Shown here piece after piece: positions 28,801 through 40,800 of a stretch of 64,000 nt of DNA (its first letter is position 1; each line of letters opens with the position of its first letter). The translations under genes and the position numbers were made by a program. The DNA lies in NCBI GenBank assembly GCA_951406725.2, contig OX597833.1, positions 23,374,001 to 23,438,000 on the forward strand. The letters run 5' to 3'. This DNA is from Octopus vulgaris (lineage: Eukaryota). The notes under the pieces were generated by a model. The model had not been told where the DNA came from. It ran no database searches and saw only the letters and a program-made list of their open reading frames with translations.

Positions 28801-31800
28801 TGATGCTTTAGTCTTGAGATTATTAACTTTTGTTAGAAAGTAAGATAAGAAAATAAGGAAAAAGTCAACACTTACAGAGCTTAGAAGGGGACTGTAAATC
28901 CCAAACTACAACAGAATTATTGGTTGCCACGGAAGCAATCTTGTTTTCTGAGAAAAGAGAATATATTGATCAATTCTTGTATTACTAAGCAACATAGGCT
29001 GGGAAAAAACCTAATGTTTATTTCTTTACTACCCACAAGGGGCTAAACACAGAGGGGACAAACAAGGACAGACAAACGGATTAAGTCGATTATATCGACC
29101 CCAGTGCATAACTGGTACTTAATTTATCGACCCCGAAAGGATGAAAGGCAAAGTCGACCTCGCCGGAATTTGAACTCAGAACGTAACAGCAGACGAAATA
29201 CGGCTACGCATTCCGCCCAGTGTGCTAATGTTTCTGCCAGCTCACCGCCTTAAGAATATTCTTATACAGTTCAACTATTTTCTGTTAGTTTCTATTAATT
29301 ACAAGCATACACCATCAAAAATTGCAGCTGTTTTAATTCCTTTATAGTTATAGGATTTCAACTGAATTTGTTTCATTTTGTTAAATATTTGAAACACTTG
29401 TTTTTAGAGGTTAAAATAAGAAACAAAAGGCCAGAACAGAACTGGTTTATGATTACAAAAATTATACTTTAAAACAATTGCATAGTTACTTGCTTTTGAT
29501 TTGCTATGTGTTACACTGAGAAAAGCTGCAAACATACAAAGAATTGTTTGAGTTCTAATTCAATATTTTCAATGAAATTTCAATTTGAACATCCACAAAG
29601 AGAAATAATCAAACAAAAATCTGAATCCAAGAAACATTGGTGTTCTTTGAATACAACATACTGCTTAAATCTGTAAAAATGGTTTCAAATTTTGGTACAA
29701 GGCGAGCAAGCTCAGAGGAGGGGGTAATAAACGTCAGCGTTCAGCTGGTACTTATTTTATCAACCTCAAGAGGGATGAAAGGCATAGTCGACCTCGGGTG
29801 ACATTTAAAGTCAGAATGTAAGGATGAACAAAATGCAGCTAAGAATTTTCCCCAGCATGCTAACAATTCTGCCAACTCATTGCCTTGCTTAAATTTGTAA
29901 TAATGGAGAAGGCGTTCAAGACTAAATTTCAAGAAGGAATGGTGAAGGTATTTGGATGTAGATCAAATAATCCAACCATTTCAATTCAAAGGCTGTGTAT
30001 AAATGTAAGAATTAAATTGTTCAAGAGAAATAACTCTAAGAGATATAAGAAAATAAAGAATGCTACTACTCTGCACTTGTAAATCCAGAACAACAACAAA
30101 CAAGACAGTGAAAAACAGAAGACATCACACACCATACAGATTAATAAATCCAATAAACAAATTTAACTTATTCTGAGAAATTTCACAATTGAAGCATTAT
30201 TCATGATTAAGACAATGCTTGCAAGTAGAATAAAAATCATCCTTTTGTTTATTTCAAATGAAGTTGGAAGAGAGAACATATCTTTAGTTTTATTTACATG
30301 TTAGCAACTGTAAGGACCAAAATATTTACAAGGAGATTGTTATACTGAAATGAAGAACAGGAGGGAAGATTAGGTCAGCACATGGACCATAAGTGCATTA
30401 ACACCATAAAAGGAACAGTGAGAGTGTATATTATTTTCACACGTCAAGTATATCGACAGTTTTCTCCAGTGAAAGATCTAATTGAAAGACGTATGGTATA
30501 TATGAAGAGAGTAAGATCAGTTTAGTGAGTACCATAAATGTAAGGAGTAGGTTCTTAGCAAATAAACTAAAACTCTGTAACTTTAATTTCATCCTTGGTC
30601 ATAATCCAAATTATTTACTGTCCTAAATACTCCTGGGAAATTCTATTTATCTATTTCTATATTTATCTATCTCTATAGTCAACAGGCCTGATCAGTCATT
30701 AATAAATATCTCTGATCACAAATAGTAAAGTAATCCTTGAGAAAGGGATGAATAAATATTTGATATTTATACTATAAGATCAATGTACAGCGATAAGGTC
30801 ATAGACAAATCTGTGTTGTGATTGATTATATTGGAAATCAATATAAACATTCCGAAGCACATTTGGCAAAGTGAGTCAAGAATTAGGTCAAAAGTTGATA
30901 TTTTACTGCAGTTTATTATACAGTGATCCCTCGCTACTTCGCAGTTCAACTATCGCAAATTTTAAAAATATATACATATGAACGCCTAAAATTTTTCATT
31001 AAATCCATTAAAATATTAATAATAAATATTATTTCCTAGTCTAAGAACAACAAAACAAGTGTAAAATAGCAAAAAAGCATATACAGGGGTATTTGAACTT
31101 AAGACGGGCTGTGATTGGTGCAATGGAGAGAGACGACGAATCACAGCTTTCTATTTTGTAATCTGGCCTGTGTAACAGTAACAATCTTTATTAAAATCTA
31201 AAGTGTTATTGCTTAACAGTTGTCCTTGTTATTAATAGACTACTGTAATGGGTGGGTTTTAAAAGTCCAAATACACATTAAATAAATACTGTAAATATGG
31301 TGTCCCTACTTCGAGGAAATTCAGTTATCGCGGCCGGCCTCGGAACCAATCTACCACGATAAACAAGGGATCACTGTATAGATTCAGGTTTACATAAGCG
31401 ATCAATGGGAATAAGCTTTGATAAGAAGCATAACACACAGCTCCTGGTTCCAGTTTTTGGTTAAAATCATTTCACTTCAGATGACAGTCATAAGTTCCAA
31501 TCTCTCTCTCTCCCTTTTTGCCAATCCAAGTACTGTAAAAACCCATGTAATTTGCATACTTGTGTAATTTACACAGGTAATTTTCAGGTTAAAATTTGTT
31601 AAAAAAAATGCTTCTACTCATGAAAAATTTGTACCCAAAAGTTTTCAGAATTGCTGATATGGCCAGGACGAAAGGGTTTTCAATTTAGTTGTATTAAACA
31701 TAATTGCACTGACTTATGATTAAATAACAATAATTTCTGTTTAACAGGTATCGCATTACCAGCATATATATGTCAGACTTCAAAAAGTGGTTTAGTAAAT

Positions 31801-34800
31801 TTATACAGAGAAAGTATGCATTATATCATCCAACATAAATAGCAGTCAACTTCCTTATTATTTAAGCCCATTAAATGAGTCAACTTCCGGTACAAATGTT
31901 TACATTTTGTTCCTTTTTTGTCAACAAAAAAAAAAGAAATTCTAAAAAAATTCTGGAAACAATCTACTCATGTAATTAATGCATTCCCTAAAGTTTATTT
32001 TTATTTTTGCGAAAAAAAGTGCGTAAGTTACATGGGTTATTACAGTAATCAATATTAGTTGTCACTGACTGATTGTGTTTTAGCAATATTTTAAGTTTCT
32101 GAGCAAAACAGTTGCAAAATACTTGCCTTCATTATGATTCCAGGTAACATCAGCAGCACTGCAGTTTAAGGTGTTTTTACCAACACGAAAATTTGCTTTC
32201 TCTTCAAAATTCTCTTCTCCAATTGAAAATATTTTGAATACTTCAATTTAAAGAAAAAAAAAATTACAAAATAAAATGAATAGACATTAAAAGACAGAAA
32301 CTATAAATAAATTAACCTCTTTATGAAGTGACAGCTTTCAATAAAAGATTTTCTTAATCAAGTCAGTCATCATCATCATCATCATCGTTTAACGTCCATT
32401 TTCTATGTTGGCATGGGTTGGATTGTTTGACTGGGGACTGGCAAGCCAGAAGGCCTCACCAGGCTCCAATCTGATCTGGCAATGTTTCTACAGCTGGATG
32501 CCCTTCCTAACGCCAACCACTCTGAGAGGGTAGTGGGTGCTTTCTATGTGCCACTGGCACAGGAGCCAGTCAGGTGGTACTGGCATCGGCCACGTTCGGA
32601 TGATACTTTTTATGTGCTACCAACACAGAAGCCACTTGGGGCGGTGGGGGACATCGACCACGTTCGAATGGTGCTTTTTACATGTCACCGGCACAGGGAA
32701 CCAGTCAGGCGGCACTGGCAACAACTCACGCATGAATGGTGCTTATTGCATGCCACTAGCATGAGAGCCAGTCAGACAGCACTGGCATCGGCCACAACTA
32801 GAATTTCCATTTGATTGTGATTTGATTATTGATTTTGATTTTACTTGACTCAATAGGTTTCCTCAAGCACAGTATGCCACCCGACAATTCAAAGGTACTT
32901 TTTTAAATGGGCTGGTTATGCAACACTGGTATTGACTACGGCTGTGATCTCACTTTATTTACTGGGTCTTCTCAAACACAGCATATCTCCAGAGGTCTGT
33001 CTTTTGTCATTGCCTCTATGAGGCCCAACGTTCAAAGGTCATGCTTCACCACCTCATCCCATGTCTTCCTGGGTCTCCCTCTTCCACAGGTTCCTTCCAC
33101 TGTTAGAGAGTGACACTTCTTCACACAGCTCTTCTCATTCATATGCAGCACATGACCATACCAGCATAGTCATCTCTTTTGCACACCACATCTGATGCTT
33201 CTTATGCGCAATATTTCTCTCAGGGCACTTACAGTTGTGTGTGCAGACTGAAATTGCACATCCAGCGGATCATACTTCATTTCTAGCTTCATTTCTTTTG
33301 AGCCTATGCATGTCTTCAGCAGTCACAGCCCATGTTTCACTAGTGTATAGCATGGCAGTTCGCACACATGCATCATACAATCTACCCTTCACTCTGAGCG
33401 AGAGGCCATTTGTCACTAGTAGAAGTAGGAGCTTTCTGAACTTTGCCCAGGCTATTCTAGTGGCAATGCTCTGAGTATCCACCCCCACTACAGACTTGGT
33501 CACCTAGGTAGCAGAAGCTAACAACTACTTCTAGTTTCTCGCCCTGGCATGTGATGGAATCCATTTTCTGAGCATCTGTGGTGTTTATTGCCCCTGTGCA
33601 TCTGCGGCACACAAAAGCTATCTTCAGTGTGGTTAAGAAATTTGTTTCCTAACTACATGATTTCAAGTTCAGCCTATTGTATGGTACTTTGGGCAAATGT
33701 CTTCTTCAGGATCAACCAAAGCTGTGCAGGTGGATAGTAGACAAAATCTGAAAGAAGCTTGTCGTGTGTGTGTGTGTCTCCTTGTCTTCACATTGTGTAG
33801 GGGTTGTGAAATGAGTGTCACTCTCATACAAGTGGTGCCCTCCATTTACAATATTCCATGAAAACATGCCTAACCATTGGGAAATATTAACCTATTTTGA
33901 AACGGGTAAGGGTTGGTAGTGAGAAGGACATCTAGTTGTAAAAAATCTGCCCCAACACATTCTATCTGACCTATGTAAGCATGAACAAGTGGATGCTAAA
34001 AGGATAATGGTGATGACTGATCAATCAGGACAGTTTTCTTTCAGTTTTCATCTATGAAATCCACTTTCAAAGCTTTGATCAGCCCAAAATTACAGAAGAT
34101 ACTTGCCCGAGATGCTGTACTGTGGGATTAAGCCCCAAAGCTATGTGTGGGGAATGAAATTCTTAACCATATAGACATGCCTTTACCTATAACCAGCAAA
34201 CCAATTCTTATTTAATAGTACTCATCATCATCATCATTTAACATCCGCTTTCCATGCTAGCATGGGTTGGACAATTTTGATGGAGGGCTGACGAACCAGA
34301 TGGCTGCACCAGACTTCAATCTTGATCTGGCAGAGTTTCCACAACTGGATGCCCTTCCTAACGCCAACCACTCTGAGAGTGTAGTGGGTGCATTTATGTG
34401 CCACCGGCACGGGGCCAGTCAGGCAGTACTGGCAACGACCTTGCTCGAATCTTTTACACATGCCACCGGCACAGGTGCTAGTAAGGCGACATTGGTAACG
34501 ATCACACTATTCCACTGTACAAAAACTGAAGTGTGAGCTTAATTGAAAAACATGTGAAATATTTGTAATACAATGAGAATATCATCCTCCAAATAGAAAT
34601 AAAAGAATTTTTCCTACCTTGACGTCCTACAATAACAACCTGATTAGCATATTTATTAAGAGCTATAGCATTAATTTGTTCTTGAACACAATGTTGGATG
34701 GATATGGCAGAATGCTCTCTCACTGAAATAAAAAGATTAAAATTACACATTCAATTGTGATATTTTTAAAGTGAAGTACTCCTTGATAGGATTATGATTA

Positions 34801-37800
34801 TATTTCTTCATTTAACCCTTTCATCACCAATCCGGCTGAAACCGGCTCTGGCTCAGAGTTCAAATGTCTTGTTTTCATAAGTTTTGAATTAAAATCTTCC
34901 ACCAAACCTTAGTCACAATTTATGTTCCTAACACTAGCTAAATGATAACTAAATTATTTTACTAAATTCTTTGTTATTTTTAAAATATTGAAAGAAACAC
35001 AGAGCATCTCAAAATAAATACAGTAACGAAAGGGTTAATGCATATTTCTTCAAATCAAAATTACCAGGATATGAATTGAACAAATCAACCAATAATTGAA
35101 TGCTTTATTACACAAGTAATATTGGATATCATTTTTGTAACTTGATATTAAAAGGGTTAAAATGACAACTTACAGGCATTAAAAATGGAGAACAAATAGC
35201 AAAAGAATCACCAATCTAAATAATAACATATTTTCAAATAAGAGAAGATTAATCCCAGCTGCCGGATGAAATTTAGCACCAGAAACTAATTTTTCAAAGG
35301 ATGTAGTTTCCTGACAGCTAACAACTGATGCAGGTAGTTTATTCCACACTTCCACAATTCTGAAAGTCATGGGTGCTGTGCTGTTTTTTGATTTTGTAAG
35401 CATGTCCATGGAATTTAGACATATGCAATTCAAAAAGGTGCCCAAAGTTGTTGTTGGAAAGATGGTGGATAATCTTGTGGGTGTCTACCAAGTCAGTTGC
35501 TAGATGTTGGAATTTTATTGTGTCTATGCTCAGGGAAGGAAGATGTTCAGAGTATGGTAGATTCCTGATGGCAGGTATTTGTCTGGTTTCACATTTCTGA
35601 ACAGTTTCATAGAGGTTTCAGACTGGTGATGCAATTTCTAAGTGTGGAAATACGAGGGGGTACCCAAAAGAAACTGGAATTTTGCAACATTATTTTACTC
35701 ACTTAGATTTACATGTTTAGACTTTTATCGCCTTCAAATTATTCTCCATTTGAAGCAATGCATCAGTCCAGATGTATTTTCCACTGTTCGAAGCAGTCCT
35801 GGAACTCTTGCAAAGTGATGCCTTTTAATGCCTCTGCCAAAACATTTTCCTTTAGGGACTTTTTTCATTTGGGGGAACAAGAAATAAAAGATGCAGAGAG
35901 CAAGATTGGGTGAATAGGGGGGATAGGTAAGCGGGGTCATGCCATTTTGGGTCAAAAACTGTCTGACACTCAAGGCACTGTGTATAGGTGCATTGTTGTG
36001 ATGAAACCACCACTCTTCACTTTGCCACAGGTCAGGGCCTTTTGTCTCTGCGTCTTGCAGACACTTCAGAACTGCCAAGTAAAATGTCTGATAAACAGTT
36101 TGACCAGGAGGAATAAATTCTGTGTGAACAATTCCTTTCACATCGATGAAACAAATCAGCATCATCTTGACATTGGACTTCACTTGACGTGCTTTTTGGA
36201 GGTGGTGACACTGAATACTTTCACTGACTTGATTGCAGCTTCATTGCCGGGTCGTAGCCATAGCACCAGTTTTCGTCAATGACCCTTGAGAAAAATGGTT
36301 TCAATCAACTTCCAACTGTTCGTGACATGCATTCAGTGGTGACTACTTCTGATCTTCCATAAGCAAGCAAGGCACAAATTTTGCTGCAGTTCTTTTCATT
36401 CACAAGTCCTCACTCAAACTTCGTTGGGAGGAGCTCCAGGACACACCAGTCATATCAACAAGTTCATCAATTGTTCGGCAATGGTCCTCCAAGATTAGCT
36501 CATGAATTTTCATTCATTCAGGCAGCTCATGGTCTCTCTGAATGAGGTTGGTCTTCAAGCAACAAGCGACCATTCCTAAAGCAGGAAAACCGCTTGTAAA
36601 CTTGTGTTTTGCTCATGGTAGCATTCTTGTAAACTGTTTGAAGCATGGCAACTGTTTCAGCCACCGTTTTCCCCCAGCAGAAAACAGAATTTCACAGAAG
36701 TATGCTGTTCCTTCATTTCAGCCATCATAAAAATCAATGAACAAGGGAGAAACACTGCAAAGCAAAAACATACCACAAGGCAGTACAACCCCACTTGACC
36801 ATGTCAGTCAGCAGACTGAAGCCTGAGGCTCTCATCAAGTGGCTTCTAGTGGCAGAAGCTTGAGGCTACAAGTGGCTTGTCCCACAGAGAATGTTTCCAG
36901 TTACTTTTGGGCATCTCCTTGTACCATAGCCATATATAGCTTTAAACAGATAGCTGGAGGAAGGTACAGCTTGATGTCATCTACATAGTTCAAAATTTTA
37001 ACTTCTTCATGTTGGCATCTTTATCATTAATATATGCAAAAAACAACAAGGGTCCAAGAACAGATCCCTGTGGTACATCAGATGTCATCTAATAGGGTGC
37101 AAAATGCTATCCTATAACTGTGACTACCTCTTTTAGACTGAGAATGAAGAACTTCAACCAGTTATACCGATCACCTCTTATAGCCATTGCAGAGAGTTTT
37201 CCGACAAGTCGTTTGTGTGGCACAGAATTGAAGGCTTTAGCAAAGTCAAGAGAGATAACATCCACCCATGAGCCACTATCAGTAATTCAGGTGATGTTCC
37301 CAAGAAACTCAGTGAGCTGGCCACAGCTACTAGAGTTAGGGGAAAATCCAAATTGTGAAGGTCAAATAAGGTTGTGAGAGTTCCAAAGCGTTTCTTATTT
37401 CTTTATTGCCCACAAGGGGCTAAACATAGAGGGGACAAACAAAGGGATTAAGTCAATTACATCGACCCCAGTACGTAACTGGTACTTAATTTATCGACTC
37501 TGAAAGGATGAAAGGCAAAATTGACCTCGGCGGAATTTGAACTCAGAATGTAATGGCAGACGAAATACCGCTAAGCATTTTGCCTGGCATGCTAATGTTT
37601 CTGCCATCTCCCCGCCTTTTCCAAAGAGTTCCTCTGACACAAGACACCATCAAACTGGCAATACAGGTAGAAAGACTGACTGGACCGTAGTTCACAGGTG
37701 ATGTGTGATCACCCTTTATGAACAGAGGAATGACACTGACAATTTTCCACTGCTCAGGGATAACACAGTTATTAAGAAAGAATTGGAAGAAGAATGAAAG

Positions 37801-40800
37801 CTGATGCAAAAGAAAGAACCGACAATGTTTGAGAATCAGACAGGTAACATTACCAAGACCAGGAGATGCATACTTGCACTTATTCTTGAGATGGCATCAC
37901 AGCATTGCAGGTGTAATTGCCACAGATATTATAGGATTTGTTGTCAGAGGTGGTGAAGATGGTATATTTGGATTTTCAGCAGTAACAATACCAGCATAGC
38001 ATTCAGCAATAAGTTCTACACATTCTTTGGATTCATCAGTAATCTGACCTGTGGGGGACTGCAAAGAGGGCTAACTGGAGAGTGAGGTCTCTGTTTCGAA
38101 CATACCTGTTTCCAGAACACTTTGCTCTCAGGGTTGATTGCTATACGTTGTTCAAATTCAAGTTCTGCCTTTTAAGTCACCCGCTTAAGATGGTTAGATG
38201 AACTACTGAGCCTTCTTCGATAATTCTGTTCTATGGAGTATTTGTTTCTGTTCAACATCATGACCGTCCTTCCTAGCCAGACGGACTGCTGCAGTCTCCC
38301 AAACTGCAGTTGATAATTATTGTGAAATTCTAAAATCAGTTATGAAGTAGTATTTAAAATTTACCATTATTTGCATATTAGATTTTCTCTGCTGAGGGGA
38401 GTATGCAATTTGATCCATTTGTTTTACAGAATAATAAGAAACATAATACTGATGGAACTTAAAATTCAGAGAGGAAATGAAGCTTTTGGCGATGTGTAGT
38501 CCAGACTCAGCAGAATTATTGAAGACGTTCTAGCAGTGACCATCCCGTGTTTTTATATTAATAAGACAACAGTGTCCAACTTGTCCTTGTTTTTATTTTT
38601 ATCATTATTTCTGCTAAAGACGGCGGAGTAATTAGGCCGACCGCGTTGAACCTTCTTTGTGGACTTTCAGAGTCAAACTGTCTGCTTTGTCAGTCGAATA
38701 CAGAAATATCAGCTAGAAAATGAAACGAACTAGGATGTTATATCAATAAAACAGTTTTAGTTGACGATTTTCCTGTTTGCTTGTTGCTTGCTGGTTTTTG
38801 TTATGTTGCTAGTAAATAGTTTTCCAAAACCCTAAAGTCAATAATATCACAGTTTTAATCTCGATAAGAAGTTGGCTAATTTATAAGTTAGTGTAGCAAT
38901 AGCCATTTTAGCCATTTTGAAATGTGGCGCGAATTGGCAATATGATGTAATGTCTTTGCCGAAGAAATATCATTTTTATGCCATGTCCGAGTTAATCACA
39001 AATCTATTTTGATTTGTTGGTTAACGTATTAGATAGAAAGAAGAAATTAGCTAAGGAATTTAAAGTCGTTGGCAGATTTAGCAGACGGTATTCTGGAATT
39101 ATCGTCCAAAGAAACTGTAAATGCAATTCCATCTATTTCGAATGAAATATAGGAATTAAAAGATTGTTACCAAAAACAATTTGAATTATTAACAAAAAAA
39201 ATAGAGAGTTTGCAAGTCGAAAGAAACAGTCGCTCAGCGCAGATCAAGGAGCCCTAGTTTAAAAAGAAACGCCATATGTTGGTACCATGCTAAATTTGGA
39301 GACAAAGCATTCAAATGTATTAAACCTTGTGCATTTGATTTCTTAAACAAAAAAAAGGGAAAATTCAGGAAGCTTCTCAACCGCGACGAAATATGTGGAT
39401 AATATCATAAAAAGTCGCGTATTCTTTGTCTATGACTTAAACTCAAAAGAAAGGTTTTTAGTTGATACAGGAGCAGCTTGTTCAATTTGGCCTGTAAAAC
39501 TTTTAAAAAAATTAAAGAGAAACTGTAAAGCAACACTTTTAAACCATCAGGTTCCTGAAGGAAGAGCAACCCTTCTATCATACTCTCAATTTTGGTCAAC
39601 TTGTGCCGCAGGGTCTCGGAGGAGATAGTGTTACTTGAAGGCTACCAAACCTGGCACACACAGACAACTTCAGCTTTATATAGAGATAACACACACACAC
39701 ATTAATACACATACATGCACACACACACACTCTCACACATATTTTTATCCTTCACTTCCTACACACACACACTCACAGACACAGACACACACACTCACTC
39801 ACACACACACGCACGCACACACACACACACACCTTCTTAGCTTACAATTTTCCTTCAACAACTGACACTGTCATTATGCATATGTTTGCGTGTCTGTGTA
39901 AAGAGAAAGTGTGGGGTTAAACTAAAGCGTTACACCATTCAAAGAAACAACAAAAAAATGTGTGTAATAGGTGTAAAACAACTTCCTCTGAACGAATATG
40001 AAAAAAAAATACGCGAAAGGGGGGGTGGGGAGAGGCCTCGGAAAATTCACATCGGGAATTTCCGAAAGCGTCTGAGGGGCTGACCCTGGCACCAAAACAA
40101 AAAAAAAATAGTGTAATATGTGTAAAACAACTTGCTCTAAACGAATATGACAAAAAAAATGCGCACTCGCGAAAGAGGGGTGGGGGAGAGGCCTCGGAAA
40201 ATTTATATTGGGAATTTCCGAAAGCGCCTGACCCGGGCACAAAAACAAAAACAGCGTAATAAGTGTAAAACAACTTGCTCTAAACGAATATGATGAAAAA
40301 AATGCGCGCTCGCGAAAGGGGGGTGGAGGAGAGGCTTCGGAAATTTCACATCTTCAGTCCACGGCCTTTAAACTAAGAAAAATAGTGTAATTGGTGTAAA
40401 ACTACTTGTTCTAAACGAGTATCAAGAACACACACTCACACATGAATCATAAACTCTGTATTTTTGTACATATTTCGCAAAAAAAAATAAATAAAGAGAA
40501 GAAATTCTGGAAAAAGTGAAGAAATGTTGGGTCTCTGCCATGTGAATCAAAATACGTGTCAGAAACATCTTGAAATACTACAGAAATTATGTTACGAAAA
40601 TGATAATGTATACATTATGCGCGAAAATACAAACATCTTCCGATGTGGAAGGACTGTTCGCCTTCGAAGGCAAAGACCAACGCAATGTGGATATTCTATA
40701 TCCCTATACAACAACACATTTTTGGAGCAGAGTCAGATACCACCCTGTAAAGTCCTGTTATTTGTAAATTACTTCCTTACAGACTGTTGGTCGCATGCAT

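Larger units (their letters stand above)
35290..38275 (-). mobile_element. Degenerate CR1-type LINE ORF2 hosting nested mariner and SINE insertions
   Basis: RT motifs on the minus strand: [56 protein letters not shown]; C-terminal [10 protein letters not shown]. Confidence 0.88.

Noticed and set aside
38365-38418. ATG exon [18 protein letters not shown] as the WDR24 start
   Set aside because: It ends in phase 0 and would splice onto TGA at the start of exon 2; 41401-41416 fits the phase.
38895-38935. Tandem GCCATTTT (YY1-like) motifs as the WDR24 promoter
   Set aside because: They lie next to a Gypsy remnant and downstream of the better start exon, so they may be LTR-derived; there is no independent support.
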